A stretch of 64,000 bases of DNA from an uncultured Gemmatimonadaceae bacterium (GTDB lineage Bacteria; Gemmatimonadota; Gemmatimonadetes; Gemmatimonadales; Gemmatimonadaceae). The notes under the pieces are model-generated. The model ran no database searches. It was not told the origin of the DNA and saw nothing but the letters and a program-made list of their open reading frames with translations. The stretch is taken from contig CAWHHI010000016.1 in NCBI GenBank assembly GCA_963829055.1, positions 992,001-1,056,000 of the forward strand. The letters are read 5' to 3'. Made by a program: the position numbers and the translations under genes. Shown in pieces: positions 9,948-21,144 of the stretch (position 1 is its first letter; each line of letters starts with the position of its first letter).

Positions 9948-10918
9948 TCGAGCGCCCAGGGCAATGCGGAAAGGAATCCCGCCGCATGGAGCATGTGGCG
10001 TCGGTCGCGCGCAGCGACCTGCACCACGTTGCGTGCAGCCTCGTCGTCCCCGTCGAGTGATTCGCGGACGGTTTCAGTAACCCACGCGGCGACCGCGGCG
10101 GTGATTTCTTCCTGATCGTCCGGAGGATCCTCGGGCTTCGCGCCACCCACGAAACGTTTGAGCGCCGGGTGGCGACCCACCAACCCGTCCCGCACGCGCT
10201 CGCCCACGGCGGACGGAACCGGAACACCATACGAACCGAGCTCGAGATACAGTTTATCCACCAGCTCGCGATACGCCGTCACCAACGCTGCTGGCGCCTG
10301 CACCGGCATTGTCAGCGGCCCGGTCCAACCGCGAACCCGGGCCCGCGGGCGTGGTGACAGCGGTCCGAAGATGCGGCCGATTTGTTCGGTTCGGCCCGCG
10401 CCGCTGTCATCCACGAGATAACTGTGCTCGATCAGGCCCTCGTGCATGACGAGATAGTTGACCGTGTCTCGATTCACGACCTCGGTCACGCCCGTGAACT
10501 TCGTGTCGCGGAGATGCGGAAAGAGCACCTTGGGGTCACCCGCCAGGAAATCGGCCGGCCACGGTTCTGCGGGCACGACCAGCGTGTGGTACATGCACAC
10601 GAGTTGCTCCGGCGGCGCCTCGTAGAATGCGATTTCGCCGAATTCGGGCTCGGGTGGAATGCGGCCGAGTGATGCCGAGATGGCTGTCGGTTCAGTACCG
10701 CGCGGCGTGGAGCTGACCGCGTTTACGACCTCGCCATCCTGAAGAAACAAAAGGATGAACTCCTCAGGGAGCCAGATCGCGACGTAGCCCGCCACACGCG
10801 CGGTCCGATCGCGCTTGGCGTCGCTGATGAGATTGCGGAGGTGAACGTACGCGAGCTTGGTTCTCGCGAGGAGAACGCGGCTGTGGGGATAACGGAGTTG
10901 CGCGGCGTGTGCGGCCAT
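9941..10918 (-). CDS. Hypothetical protein
   Basis: 325-aa ORF with protein-like composition, overlapping the rsmI start; no family recognised with confidence. Confidence 0.7.
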   Translation of the reverse strand: MAAHAAQLRYPHSRVLLARTKLAYVHLRNLISDAKRDRTARVAGYVAIWLPEEFILLFLQDGEVVNAVSSTPRGTEPTAISASLGRIPPEPEFGEIAFYEAPPEQLVCMYHTLVVPAEPWPADFLAGDPKVLFPHLRDTKFTGVTEVVNRDTVNYLVMHEGLIEHSYLVDDSGAGRTEQIGRIFGPLSPRPRARVRGWTGPLTMPVQAPAALVTAYRELVDKLYLELGSYGVPVPSAVGERVRDGLVGRHPALKRFVGGAKPEDPPDDQEEITAAVAAWVTETVRESLDGDDEAARNVVQVAARDRRHMLHAAGFLSALPWALEW

Positions 10919-10938
10919 CGCGGGGGATGAAAGGGGAA

Positions 10939-10966
10939 ACGCCCGAGAGACGACTCTCTCGGGCGT
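10939..10966 (-). terminator. Intrinsic terminator downstream of trxA
   Basis: 12-bp stem ACGCCCGAGAGA/TCTCTCGGGCGT, 4-nt loop, followed on the minus strand by TTCCCCTTTC. Confidence 0.6.
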
Positions 10967-11014
10967 AACTTGCCGATCGCCGCTCGACGCCGCAATCGTT
11001 TCCCGCTCTGGCGT

Positions 11015-11344
11015 TTAGGCCGCAGCGTGCTGCTTGAACTTCGACTCGAGCGCCGGCTTCGGTACAGCGCCGATCACTTGATCCACGAGCTTGCCGTTCT
11101 TGAAGAACAGCACCGCCGGGATCGACCGGACGTTGAAGCGCGTCGCCGTGCGAATGTTCGAGTCCACATCGAGCTTGGCCACCTTCGCCTTGCCCTGATA
11201 TTCCACCGCGAGCTGATCGAGAATGGGCGCGATCATGCGGCACGGGCCACACCAGGTCGCCCAGAAATCAACCACCGCGAGACCATCGTGCTTCTCGATC
11301 TCCTGCTCGAAGTCCGCGTCGGTCACTGCCACTGCGTTCGACAT
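11015..11344 (-). CDS. trxA: Thioredoxin
   Basis: VDFWATWCGPC motif; GGAGG RBS. Confidence 0.97.
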   Translation of the reverse strand: MSNAVAVTDADFEQEIEKHDGLAVVDFWATWCGPCRMIAPILDQLAVEYQGKAKVAKLDVDSNIRTATRFNVRSIPAVLFFKNGKLVDQVIGAVPKPALESKFKQHAAA

Positions 11345-11435
11345 TTCTGTAAGCCTCCAGCGGCCGGGCTTCGCCCGACCGGGAATCGGATTAACTTCTC
11401 GCGCTTCTCACACGTTCTCACGTAGCGGAAGCGCC

Positions 11436-11849
11436 ATGAGCATTCCACCAGCCCGCCGCGGAACCCGCCTCGCGCACATCGGCATTGCGGTGCGGTCCCT
11501 CGATGAGATCCTGCCATTCTATCGCGACATCCTCGGCCTTCCCGAGGAGCCGCTCGACGACGCCGACGGAGCGACCATTGCCGGCCTCAGGGCCGGCGAA
11601 CCGCTCGTCGAATTGTTGGAAGCCGAATCCCCGGACTCACCCATAGGCAGGTTCGTGGCCAAACGTGGCCCGGGCATTCATCACCTTTGCTTCGCCGTCG
11701 ACGACCTCGACGTCGCGCTGGAGCGCTGTCGAGCCGCCGGCATTCGTCTCATCGATGAGTCACCCCGCATCGGTGCGGAGAAGAAGCGCATCGCGTTTCT
11801 CCATCCGGCATCGACCGCGGGAGTTCTTATCGAGCTGTCGGAATATTAA
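11436..11849 (+). CDS. mce: Methylmalonyl-CoA epimerase (VOC family)
   Basis: [30 protein letters not shown]...GVLIELSE. Confidence 0.9.
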   Translation: MSIPPARRGTRLAHIGIAVRSLDEILPFYRDILGLPEEPLDDADGATIAGLRAGEPLVELLEAESPDSPIGRFVAKRGPGIHHLCFAVDDLDVALERCRAAGIRLIDESPRIGAEKKRIAFLHPASTAGVLIELSEY

Positions 11850-11904
11850 TCCAGGCTGCTGTGCTTCCGTTCCGCATTCGGAATCCGCACCCAGGCTGAC
11901 GAGG

Positions 11905-12354
11905 TCAGCGCTTGCAGAGTGCCGTAACGGCCGCGAAGTCAGCGTCTTCGACGTACCAGCGGTCGGACGGACCTTTCACCGTCGTGAAACGCGGTGTCTT
12001 CGTGACGGCTCCCCTGGTTATCTCTACACGAAGGACTCGCTTGCCGTTGTCACCCGGCTGCTCGTCTACGATCTGGTGCTTGTCGCTGTCGTAGCAGCCC
12101 TGCATTACGATGAGGCGTTTCTCGAGTTCGGCTCGCTCGAACTGATCGCGCGCTGGCCCCTTGGACGTTCCCCACGCAATCGACATCTCCTGGAGGTCCT
12201 GGCTCTTTGCAGCCGCCAGAAACCGCTCGACCGCCTGCTTCGGAGCAGCGGCACCCGGAAGGTTCGCCGGGACGCTCGCGTTGGAACTGGGCGGCGGGGT
12301 CGAAGCCGACCGACAAGCGGCGAAGGTCAGCAACAACAGGATCGTTCGCTTCAC
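11905..12354 (-). CDS. Hypothetical lipoprotein
   Basis: GTG start after GGAGAG; lipobox-like LTFAAC; 149 aa. Confidence 0.7.
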   Translation of the reverse strand: MKRTILLLLTFAACRSASTPPPSSNASVPANLPGAAAPKQAVERFLAAAKSQDLQEMSIAWGTSKGPARDQFERAELEKRLIVMQGCYDSDKHQIVDEQPGDNGKRVLRVEITRGAVTKTPRFTTVKGPSDRWYVEDADFAAVTALCKR

Positions 12355-12402
12355 TGGACTCTCTCCACGCGCTCTGGCGTGCAAATGGTGGTTCGGCCCG
12401 CA

Positions 12403-13129
12403 ATGTACCAGCGCCTTTACATTAACATCGACCACGTCGCGACGCTGCGCCAAGCGCGTCGCACCATCGAACCCGACCCGGTACTCGCTGCGGTCGAATG
12501 CGAGACCGCCGGGGCCGATGGCATCACCGCGCACCTGCGCGAGGATCGCCGTCACATCCAGGATGACGACGTGGAGCGCCTGACGACAACAGTTCGGACG
12601 GTGCTGAACCTCGAGATGGCCTGCACGCGCGAGATGGTCGCGATCGCCGACCCGACTCCGGCCGTACCAGGTGACGTTCGTTCCGGAACGACGCGAGGAG
12701 GTCACGACCGAAGGGGGTCTCGATGTCTCGCGCGATCCAAAGGGACTGCGCTCCGCGATCGAAGCGCTCGGGGCGTCGGGCGTTCGGACGAGCCTCTTCA
12801 TCGACCCGGACCTCGACACAGTCACTCGCTCGCGGGACCTGGGCGCCGTCGCAATCGAGCTTCACACCGGGCGCTATGCGCACCATCCGAACGACCCAGC
12901 CGTTCTCCGGGCGCTGGAGGACGCATCTCGCCATGGAAAAGCGCTCGGACTGGCCGTCCACGCGGGGCACGGCCTGACGACGCGCAACGTCGCGCCGGTC
13001 GCGGCGATTCCCGAAATCGAGGAGCTGAACATCGGCCACTCGATCGTCAGTCGCGCGGTCTTCGTGGGGATCGCGGACGCCGTTCGCGAAATGCGTGCGG
13101 TCATGGATGTTGCGCGCACCCGAGGGTAG
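12403..13129 (+). CDS. pdxJ: Pyridoxine 5'-phosphate synthase (indel near 12650)
   Basis: [21 protein letters not shown], then in another frame [35 protein letters not shown]. Confidence 0.95.
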
Positions 13130-13182
13130 ACCGTCCTTGGGCGTGCGGCTTAACTTCGGGCGGTTCCCCTGACGGAGCGGGC

Positions 13183-14825
13183 ATGAGCGTGGCGGTCGGG
13201 CTGCTGGACTTCTACATCCTCGAGGCGAGTGAATACGTCGACCAGCTCGACGCACTGGTCGGCGCTGCCGTGCACGCGCCCCCCGAGTCGACGCCGTTCA
13301 TCACCGCCGCGCGCGCGCTGCGTGGCAGCTCCACCATGGCCAAGCTCCTGCGCCTGGCGGAGCTGGCCGGCTCAGTCGAGCGAGTCGGCCGAGGGTTGCG
13401 CGACGGGTCCGTGCGCTGGACGGTCGAGCTTCGATCTGCCGTCGTCGCCGCGATCGATGACATCCGCGTCCTGCTCCGGACGGTCCGTACGTGGAGCGCG
13501 TCCGAGGAACAGCGCGCCGCGGCCCGCATCGCCGAGTTGCGGCGCTTCGTGCCGGAAGGTGCCGCGCCGACGAACACGCCGATCAGCAGCGCGGTCAGCC
13601 CGACGTTCTTCGCGTCGGAAGTCGAAGGCGTCGCCGCCGCGCTCGATGCATTCGTTGCCTCGCCAGCGGATCGTCGCTCGCTCGACGAAGCGCTCGGACG
13701 CGTTCGCGCGCTGCGTGGCATCGCGACACTGAAGGACCTGCCGCCGCTCTCGGACGTCGCCGATGCCATCGAGCACGCAGCGAGAACGAGCACCGGCGAC
13801 GGACGATCGCTGACCACGCAGCATGCCGAGTTGTACGATGCGTCCGCGCACGTGCTTCGACGTGCGGCGCGGGAGCTTCGGACGTCGGGGCGTCCGGACG
13901 CATCCGCTCCGGAAGTCCGCCGGTTCGCGGCACGCGACGACCGCACTGCAGGAACAGACGCGCGACGAAGAGCAGGTCGTGCCAGTCGCGAATCTGTTCT
14001 ACGGGGATGAGGGTCCGCACGTCGTGTCCCGCGCCGATCGCCCGGCCGCGACGGTCGAAGCGCGTTTCCGCACGGAGATCACGTCGCTCGCCGAACACCT
14101 GCGACGCCTCGTGGATGAAGCGCGAAACGCCAATACCGCGGTGAGTCGCGACCGCGCGATGCACGAGTTGCGGCGCGCGTTGCGCACCGCTCGTGGGACG
14201 CTCGAGAGCTTTGGTCGCGCCGACGCCGGCCGCTTCTTCGCGAATGCGGCCGCGGAGCCGAACGTCGGCGATCCGATGCTGCTTTCGTCCATCGACGCCG
14301 CCGCGACCCTGCTCGGCTCCCCATCCATCGCGATGACGGATCTCGTCGTTAGGCTGGCGGAGCTGGGGCGCGGAAGTACGGTCGATCGCGCGATCGGCAT
14401 GGCGTTCAGCCCACTCGGCCAGCCTCGTCGAGCTCCTTCTGGTACGACGGCGCCAACGCCCGCTGCGGATGCTCCGCGGTCCGATCGCAGAACGCCCGCG
14501 CCCACCCGCGTGTCACGTCCCACCCCCGGCCGGGGCGACGCTCCGGTCGCGCGACGCGCGCCGCTTACGCCGACCGGTGCAGAGCTTCACCAGTTCCTGC
14601 AGTCCGGCATCGCCGGGTTCACTGAGCTCGATCAGACTCCACTCGCGGCGCCTGCCCTGCTCGACGATGCGACGCTCATTCCCGATTGAGGATCTGTTGT
14701 ATCGCGGTCGGGGCGCGCTCGAGCGCGCGATCGAGGTGCGCGACCTGATGCGCCTGTCGGGCGGGAACAACGACGAGGCGCTCGCGGAGCTGTTCGATCT
14801 GCTGGATCTCGCCGCCGCCGACTAG
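13183..14825 (+). CDS. Hpt-like (CheA P1-like) helical domain protein (indels near 13930 and 14685)
   Basis: [17 protein letters not shown]...[11 protein letters not shown] resembles an Hpt fold; second repeat [10 protein letters not shown]-terminal [15 protein letters not shown]...ELFDLLDLA joined across frames. Confidence 0.7.
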
Positions 14826-14831
14826 CCCGAC

Positions 14832-15846
14832 ATGCGATTGAACTGGAAGAGCGCGCTCGGCATTGCGCTGAGCGCCGGGCTCCTCGTGTGGACGCTTCGT
14901 GGGGAATCGCCGGCGGAGATCTGGTCGGTGCTCTCGCAGTCGAACCTGCCGCTGCTCGCGCTCGCAGCGCTGGTCGCGACGTCGATCTTCCCGCTGCGCG
15001 CGATCCGATGGCGGATCATCCTCGACCCTCTGGCGCCCAAGCTGCCGATCGGTGCCCTGTGGCGATCCATCGCGATCGGGATGATGGTCAATAACATCTA
15101 TCCCGCTCGGCTGGGCGAGGTTGCCCGCGCCTTCGCCCTGACGCGTGAGACGAGGCGCGTGAGCCTGGCGGGGTCGGTCGCGTCGCTCGCGGTGGACCGG
15201 GTGTTCGACGCGCTCACGCTTGATGCTGCTCCTCGTGAGCGCGATGCTCGTTCCGGAATTTCCGAAGGGCATGACGGTGGGCGGACAGCCTGTCCAGCGC
15301 GGCGCGTTCGTGTTTGGTGCGGGCGCTGTCGGCCTGTTCGTGATCCTGTACGTCATCGTCGCGATTCCCGAACGGCTCGTGTGGATGTACGCCGCCGTCG
15401 TCGGCAGGTTCGCGCCGCGATTCGTGACCCGCGGGAGCGAGATCATTCACTCGTTCTCCCAGGGGCTAGGCGTTCTTCGCAGCCCGACGCGGTTCATTGC
15501 AGTGTTTTTCTGGGCGATCGTCCATTGGCTCGTGAACGCACTGGCGTTCTGGCTCGGGTTCAAGGCGGTCGGGATCAATGTGCCGTTCAGCGCCGCGAAC
15601 TTCCTTCAGGGGATCATCGCTATCGGCGTCGCGCTGCCATCGTCACCGGGTTTCTTCGGCGTATTCGAGGCGGCGTCGAGGGTTGGGCTCGAGGTGTACA
15701 GCGTGCCCGGTCGTCAGGCAGTGAGCTGGGCCATCGGGTTTCACGTGCTGTCGTTCATTCCGATCACCGTCATGGGCCTGTACTACTTCGCTCGGCTCGG
15801 TCTGCACTTCAGCGATTTCAAGACGCCGCCGTCCGATAAGCAATGA
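14832..15846 (+). CDS. Lysylphosphatidylglycerol-synthase TM / UPF0104 flippase-like membrane protein (indel near 15220)
   Basis: RAIRWRIIL, NNIYPARLGEVAR, DRVFD, LPSSPGFFGVFE; multiple TM helices. Confidence 0.85.
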
Positions 15847-16784
15847 GCAGCGCGGTCGACCTGCCGCGCATCGCGAACGGGACGGCCGCTCGTACCGTCG
15901 CGCAGGCGAAGCTCAACCTGTTCCTGCGCGTGCTCGCGCGCGAAGCCAGCGGCTACCATCAGATCGAGACGCTGTTCTGCCGGCTCGAGCTGGGCGATGA
16001 CGTGGTCGTGCGCACGAACGTGCGCGGCCGGTCGCTGGACTGCGTGGGCGACGCGATCCCGCCGGAGGGGCTCGGGCCGACAGAACGCAACCTTGGCTGG
16101 CGCGCCGCCGCTGCCTACTCCGCCGCTACCGGATGGCCTAACGATTGGGCGGTCGAGATCTCGAAGCGCGTGCCCGTCGGCGGCGGCATGGGTGGTGGGA
16201 GCGCCGACGCGGGTGCCGTGCTGCGCTGCCTGAACGCGCTGTCCCCCCGGCCGCTTTCCGAACACGAGTTGCTGTCGCTCGCCGCGCCGCTCGGCGCCGA
16301 CGTGCCATTCTTGTCCATTGATGCGCCACTCGCACTGGCGTGGGGGCGCGGAGAGCGGCTGTTGAAATTGCCGGCGCTTCCGAGCCGCGACGTCGCGCTC
16401 ATCACGTTCCCATTCGGGGTGGTGACGCGGGACGCCTACGGCTGGTTGGACGACGCCCGCGGTGGCGACGGTTCCGACGCAAACGCGCTGACGCTGCACG
16501 ATCTCTCGACGTGGAGCGGCGTCTGTCGGCTCGCGCATAACGATTTCGAGCCCGTCGTGTCCAAGCGCATCGCGGACGTTGCCGCGTCGTTGTCGGTGCT
16601 GCGGACTGCACTCGCGACGGGGCGCGATCGCGACGCGATCGCGCTGCTCGCCGGCTCGGGGGCGACAGTGTTCCTGGTCTCCGACGATCTGCCGCTCCGT
16701 GAGGTGCGCGCGGAAGGCATAGCGTCGCGCACGCTTCGCACGCGCACGGCCACCCGTGTTGTTGACGTGGAGGTGTCGGGGTAG
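15843..16784 (+). CDS. ispE: 4-(cytidine 5'-diphospho)-2-C-methyl-D-erythritol kinase
   Basis: AKLNLFL, GYHQIET, KRVPVGGGMGGGSADA, LGADVPF, NDFE, GSGATVF. Confidence 0.95.
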   Translation: MSSAVDLPRIANGTAARTVAQAKLNLFLRVLAREASGYHQIETLFCRLELGDDVVVRTNVRGRSLDCVGDAIPPEGLGPTERNLGWRAAAAYSAATGWPNDWAVEISKRVPVGGGMGGGSADAGAVLRCLNALSPRPLSEHELLSLAAPLGADVPFLSIDAPLALAWGRGERLLKLPALPSRDVALITFPFGVVTRDAYGWLDDARGGDGSDANALTLHDLSTWSGVCRLAHNDFEPVVSKRIADVAASLSVLRTALATGRDRDAIALLAGSGATVFLVSDDLPLREVRAEGIASRTLRTRTATRVVDVEVSG

Positions 16785-16799
16785 GTTTCCGGCGGTAGG

Positions 16800-16870
16800 T
16801 GCCCCTTCGTCTAACGGTAAGACAACGGCCTTTGGAGCCGTGAATCGTGGTTCGATTCCACGAGGGGCAA
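16800..16870 (+). tRNA. tRNA-Gln (anticodon TTG), CCA not encoded
   Basis: Acceptor stem TGCCCCT/AGGGGCA, anticodon arm ACGGC-CTTTGGA-GCCGT, T-loop TTCGATT; usual position after ispE. Confidence 0.95.
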
Positions 16871-16905
16871 TCGGCCCGCTCTTCCCTCGCCGACACTCAC
16901 CTCAC

Positions 16906-17878
16906 ATGGCTGTCCCAGAACGCCTCCCGATCCGCGGCGGTGATGACGACGCGCGGATCGACGCCGCCATCGGCAACACGCCCATGGTCCGCCTAACGCG
17001 CGTCGTCGAGCCGGCGATGGCCGAGGTGTGGGTCAAGATCGAGGGGATGAATCCCGGGGGATCGATCAAGGACCGCACCGCGCTCGGCATGATCATCGAC
17101 GCGGAGCGCAGCGGGGCGCTCCAACCCGGCCAGATGATCGTCGAGCCGACGTCCGGCAACACCGGCATCGGTCTCGCCCAGGTGGCGGCGGCGCGCGGCT
17201 ATCCGCTCACGCTCTGCCTTCCGGCGCAGATGAGCGAGGAGCGCAAGCGTACGCTGCTCGCCTATGGCGCCCGTCTCGTGCTCACCGACCCCGAACGACG
17301 CATGCTCGCGGCGATCGAGGAAGCGGAGCGCATCCGCGATGCGACTGGCGCGTGGATGGCGAACCAGTTCGCGAATCCGGCGAACCCACGGGTTCACTAC
17401 GAGACGACGGCGCCCGAACTGTGGCGCCAGATGGACGGCCGCATCGACGCATTCGTCTACGGCTCCGGTACCGGCGGGACCATCTCGGGAGTCGGTCGGT
17501 TTCTTCGCGAACGCAATCCGCGCGTCACGGTGGTTGCCGTGGAACCGGGACGGAGCCCTGTGCTCTCCGGCGGCGAGCGCGGGCAGCATCAGTTCCAGGG
17601 CATGGGGCCGGGGTTCGTCCCACCGAATTTCGACCGGCAGCGTGGTCGACCGCGTCGTTCAGGCGTGGGAAGAGGACGCGTTCCCACTCGCACGACGGCT
17701 CGCGCGCGAGGAAGGGCTGTTCGTCGGTATGTCGAGCGGCGCGATCACCTGGGTGGCGCTGCAGATCGCCCGCGAAATCGGACCGGGCCGTCGCGTCGCG
17801 ATGATCGCGCCGGATTCCGGTGCGAGATATCTGTCGACGTCCTTGTTCGAGGCGCCGCCCCCCGACCCGTCGCCATAA
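16906..17878 (+). CDS. cysK: Cysteine synthase (indel near 17635)
   Basis: IGNTPMV, KIEGMNPGGSIKDR (PLP Lys), EPTSGNTGIGLA, GSGTGGT, QGMG, EEGLFVGMSSGA, PDSGARYLST. Confidence 0.9.
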
Positions 17879-17933
17879 ATCCGCGTAGAGCCCTGTCGGG
17901 CGAGGCGTTCCGTCGCTACCTTGGCGCCTCCCC

Positions 17934-18425
17934 ATGAAATGCTCAGCTCGCCGGATACCGCTCGCTGCTGTCCTTCTCTCCATCGCCGCGTGCAGTCATC
18001 AAGCGACGCCGGACACATCGGTCACGCCGGTGCGCATGGTTGCGCCCGACTCGGTAGTGACGTGCAGTGACTGGGTCCGCCGTGCGGTCGCCGATCCGGA
18101 AATGGGCGTCGAGCAGGTGCCTGCGCCCGTCGCATTCAAGCCAGCGCCCATCCCGCGACCGATTCCGAAAGGCGTGCTCGGGAAGGACGGCAAGGCAGAA
18201 GTGCGAATTCGCGTTCTCGTCGACACGCTGGGCGCGGCGGACATGGCCACGTTCACGGTTATCAAGAGCACCAGTCCCACGTTGACAAAACTCGTCCGCA
18301 CGGCCGTCGCGAAGTGGACGTTCTCGCCCGCCCGGGTGAGCGGTTGCAAGGTGCCGCGCAACTTCAACTGGGCGGCCGTCTATCCCCCCGCGCAAGTCGG
18401 CGATGACAACAATGACGCACGTTAG
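17934..18425 (+). CDS. TonB C-terminal domain lipoprotein
   Basis: Lipobox IAAC; VRIRVLVDTLG...AVAKWTFSPARVSGCKV resembles TonB_C. Confidence 0.75.
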   Translation: MKCSARRIPLAAVLLSIAACSHQATPDTSVTPVRMVAPDSVVTCSDWVRRAVADPEMGVEQVPAPVAFKPAPIPRPIPKGVLGKDGKAEVRIRVLVDTLGAADMATFTVIKSTSPTLTKLVRTAVAKWTFSPARVSGCKVPRNFNWAAVYPPAQVGDDNNDAR

Positions 18426-20154
18426 GCTCATCGGCGCGGCCATGGCGGCACTCGCCATGTCCGGGTGCCTCGATGACACACCCACAGCGGCCACACCCCC
18501 CAGCGTCCGGGCAACGCTCAGCGCGAACGTCGTCGGCGAGATGGCCGGCGGAACCGTCCGCATTCGCGTCGCCTACCGCACCAATACACAGACGCTCGTC
18601 ACGCTCCCTTCGAACCCCGCGCAGGTCACGCTTGCGGCCGGAGCGACGGTGGTGGTTCCGGTCACCGTCGACATCGGCCGGTGTCTCAAGGATCGCCAGC
18701 GTGCGTTGGCCACGACGCGTGGGTGTCAACTCACGATCGAGCTGACGCTGAGCGACGCAACAGGTGAGACCGTAGACGAGCAGTCCATCGATGCGCCGAA
18801 ACCGGCGACGCCGGGGGCGACAGTGGACTTCGGCTCCATAACCATTGGCGCTCGCGTATCGACGATCACGGTTGCTCCGGCATCGGTCACTGCGAACGTG
18901 TCGCAGGACCAACAGCTGACCGCCACCGTGCGTGATCTGAGCGGCGCCGTTGTCACGACGGCTCCGCTGACGTGGACGACGAGCGATGCCACCGTCGTGC
19001 AGATCGGCGCCGTGTCAGGCCAATCGGTAACCATACGCCCGCTCAAGCTTGGCGTTGCGACCGTCACGGCGACCGCCGGACGAAAGACGAGCAATGCGGT
19101 GAGCGTGAACGTCGTCCCGCCAACACCGTTAACCCTTCGGCAGCGGCCCGCCGCGGGGTGCATCATCGCCGGGCAGACGGTCACGCTGGATGTCGATACG
19201 CCGCCGGCAGCCATTGCGTGGTCCAGCGCCAATCCGGCTATCGCGACGGTCAACCCGACCACCGGCGTCGTCACCGGCGTCGTTGCAGGAGAGACGACGA
19301 TCACGGCGACGAGCGGCATTCGCACCGGGACCGCAACGGTCTGCGTCATCGGCCCCTTCGTCGTGACGCCGTCGAGCCTAACGATCGTCGCCGCTCGCAC
19401 GGCGCAGCTGACCGTGTCGAACTCCGTCGGCGCCACGCTCTCGTACGTCTCGAGTGCCGGATCGGTGGCGAGTGTCAGCTCCAGCGGTATCGTTCACGCC
19501 ATCACGGTCGGCCAGACGACGATCACGACGACGGTGGTCGCCGCGAGCGGCACGATCACGCTGACCACGCCCGTCACAGTGAACGCCGGCAGCGTGGACA
19601 TCTCGCCAACCAGCGCGACGGCGTCGGTCGATGGCACCTCGCGGTATGGCGTCGTCGTCCGCGACGGAGACGGTGGACTGCTAGCCGACGTTGCGGCGAC
19701 GTGGACGATCGACGACCCATCGATAGGAACGCTGTCCGTGACTGCCGGGCCGACGGTGGACGTGCGCGCAACGAAGATCGGGACCACCACCGTCCGGGCC
19801 GCGGTGCCCGGAGGCTCGGCGTCAGCGTCCTTCACGGTGACGGCAGCGCTGCCCGCGGTGCGTCTCGAGAAGGTCTCGGGCGATGACGCCGTCTCGGGGC
19901 CGGTCGCGAACTACGTCCAGGTGTTGACGCTGAATCGCACGGTGACTCCCGCGGCGCTCACTCTCGCGTTCGATGAGTCGCAGCTGCCATTCGGCAACTA
20001 CGTACTCGACATCACGGTCTCGACAACCACGCCGGGAATCGGTACCGACGTCGAAACGATCGTGTTCACTCCAGCCCCTTCAGGGTTCTCGACCTCGAAC
20101 GCGCCCCGACGGCAGGACTTGCGTCGAGCGTCGGTCGCTCTGCGAGCACCGTAG
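18412..20154 (+). CDS. Lipoprotein with about 4 bacterial Ig-like (Big_2) repeats
   Basis: Lipobox MSGC; repeats WTTSDATVV, WSSANPAIATV..TGVVTGVVAGETTITAT, YVSSAGSVASVSSSGIV, WTIDDPSIGTL. Confidence 0.85.
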   Translation: MTHVRLIGAAMAALAMSGCLDDTPTAATPPSVRATLSANVVGEMAGGTVRIRVAYRTNTQTLVTLPSNPAQVTLAAGATVVVPVTVDIGRCLKDRQRALATTRGCQLTIELTLSDATGETVDEQSIDAPKPATPGATVDFGSITIGARVSTITVAPASVTANVSQDQQLTATVRDLSGAVVTTAPLTWTTSDATVVQIGAVSGQSVTIRPLKLGVATVTATAGRKTSNAVSVNVVPPTPLTLRQRPAAGCIIAGQTVTLDVDTPPAAIAWSSANPAIATVNPTTGVVTGVVAGETTITATSGIRTGTATVCVIGPFVVTPSSLTIVAARTAQLTVSNSVGATLSYVSSAGSVASVSSSGIVHAITVGQTTITTTVVAASGTITLTTPVTVNAGSVDISPTSATASVDGTSRYGVVVRDGDGGLLADVAATWTIDDPSIGTLSVTAGPTVDVRATKIGTTTVRAAVPGGSASASFTVTAALPAVRLEKVSGDDAVSGPVANYVQVLTLNRTVTPAALTLAFDESQLPFGNYVLDITVSTTTPGIGTDVETIVFTPAPSGFSTSNAPRRQDLRRASVALRAP

Positions 20155-20160
20155 CCTCGA

Positions 20161-21144
20161 ATGCCCATTCTCCGCCATCCAGCACCTGCTTTGAACCGAG
20201 TCATCACGACAGCGCTGTTGGCACTCGCGACTGTCGCGGGCGCAAGTTGCCGCGCGAAGCCAAGTGAGCGCGTCGTACCCGACCGGGTCAACGAAGCCGA
20301 GGAAGCAGCGCGCAGCGCGATCGCCAACGAGCGCGCCATCAACGTTGCCTCCCTGCCCGAGCGATCGGTGGGGGTCACACCGTTCGCGGTCAGCACGAGC
20401 GACACGACGATTGCGCCGTTGGCGTACGGGCTCGCCGACATTCTCATTACGGATCTGCAGCGAAGCGGCCAGCTCCAGCTCGTGGATCGGCTGCGTCTCG
20501 ATGCGCTCCTGCGTGAGGTGGAACTGGTGGGACCCGGGCGCGTGGACACGATGACGGCGCCTCGCGTCGGACAGCTCGTGGGGGCGCGCCGGTTGATTCT
20601 CGGTTCGCTCTCGGAGCGACCGGGTGGACAGATCGTGATCGACGCGCGCGTCGCCGATGTCACCAGCGCCGAGGTACGCACCGCCGTCTCAGCGACGGCA
20701 CCGCTTGCCGACATCCTCGCGGCCGAAAAGGAGATCGCTATTCGGCTACTTGGAGAGCTAGGGGTCAACCTGACCCCGGCGGCGCGTGCCGCCATTGAAG
20801 AGCGGCCGACGCGCAACATCGCGGCGCTGCTGGCCTACAGTCGTGCCGCCCGCTTCGAGGTCGGCGGTGACTATCCCAGCGCCGCGGCCGAATATCGCAC
20901 GGCGCTCAGGCTCGACCCCCGCTTCGCGCTCGCTGGCCAGCGACTGAGCGAGTTGCCAGGCGAGTCGTCCACTGACGCACGTTCGAGCCTCGCGCGTGCC
21001 ACGGGGATGGCTTTGGATCGGATCAATCCCGTGTTCTTCTCACCACTCGCGGGCGGGCCGCGCGCGGGTGCCGGCGGTATTGCGGACCCGTCGTTCCCAT
21101 CACAGACGGTCATCGTGCTCGTCACCATCACGACACCCCCATGA
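20161..21144 (+). CDS. CsgG/HfaB-like lipoprotein with C-terminal TPR
   Basis: Lipobox GASC; VGVTPF, GLADILITDL, LVDRLRLDALLREVEL, TAPRVGQLVGARRLILGS; TPR-like AAAEYRTALRLDPRF. Confidence 0.8.
   Translation: MPILRHPAPALNRVITTALLALATVAGASCRAKPSERVVPDRVNEAEEAARSAIANERAINVASLPERSVGVTPFAVSTSDTTIAPLAYGLADILITDLQRSGQLQLVDRLRLDALLREVELVGPGRVDTMTAPRVGQLVGARRLILGSLSERPGGQIVIDARVADVTSAEVRTAVSATAPLADILAAEKEIAIRLLGELGVNLTPAARAAIEERPTRNIAALLAYSRAARFEVGGDYPSAAAEYRTALRLDPRFALAGQRLSELPGESSTDARSSLARATGMALDRINPVFFSPLAGGPRAGAGGIADPSFPSQTVIVLVTITTPP

Noticed and set aside
11665..14010. 781-aa ORF fusing PdxJ to an Hpt protein
   Set aside because: Read-through artefact of the pdxJ indel plus antisense sequence.
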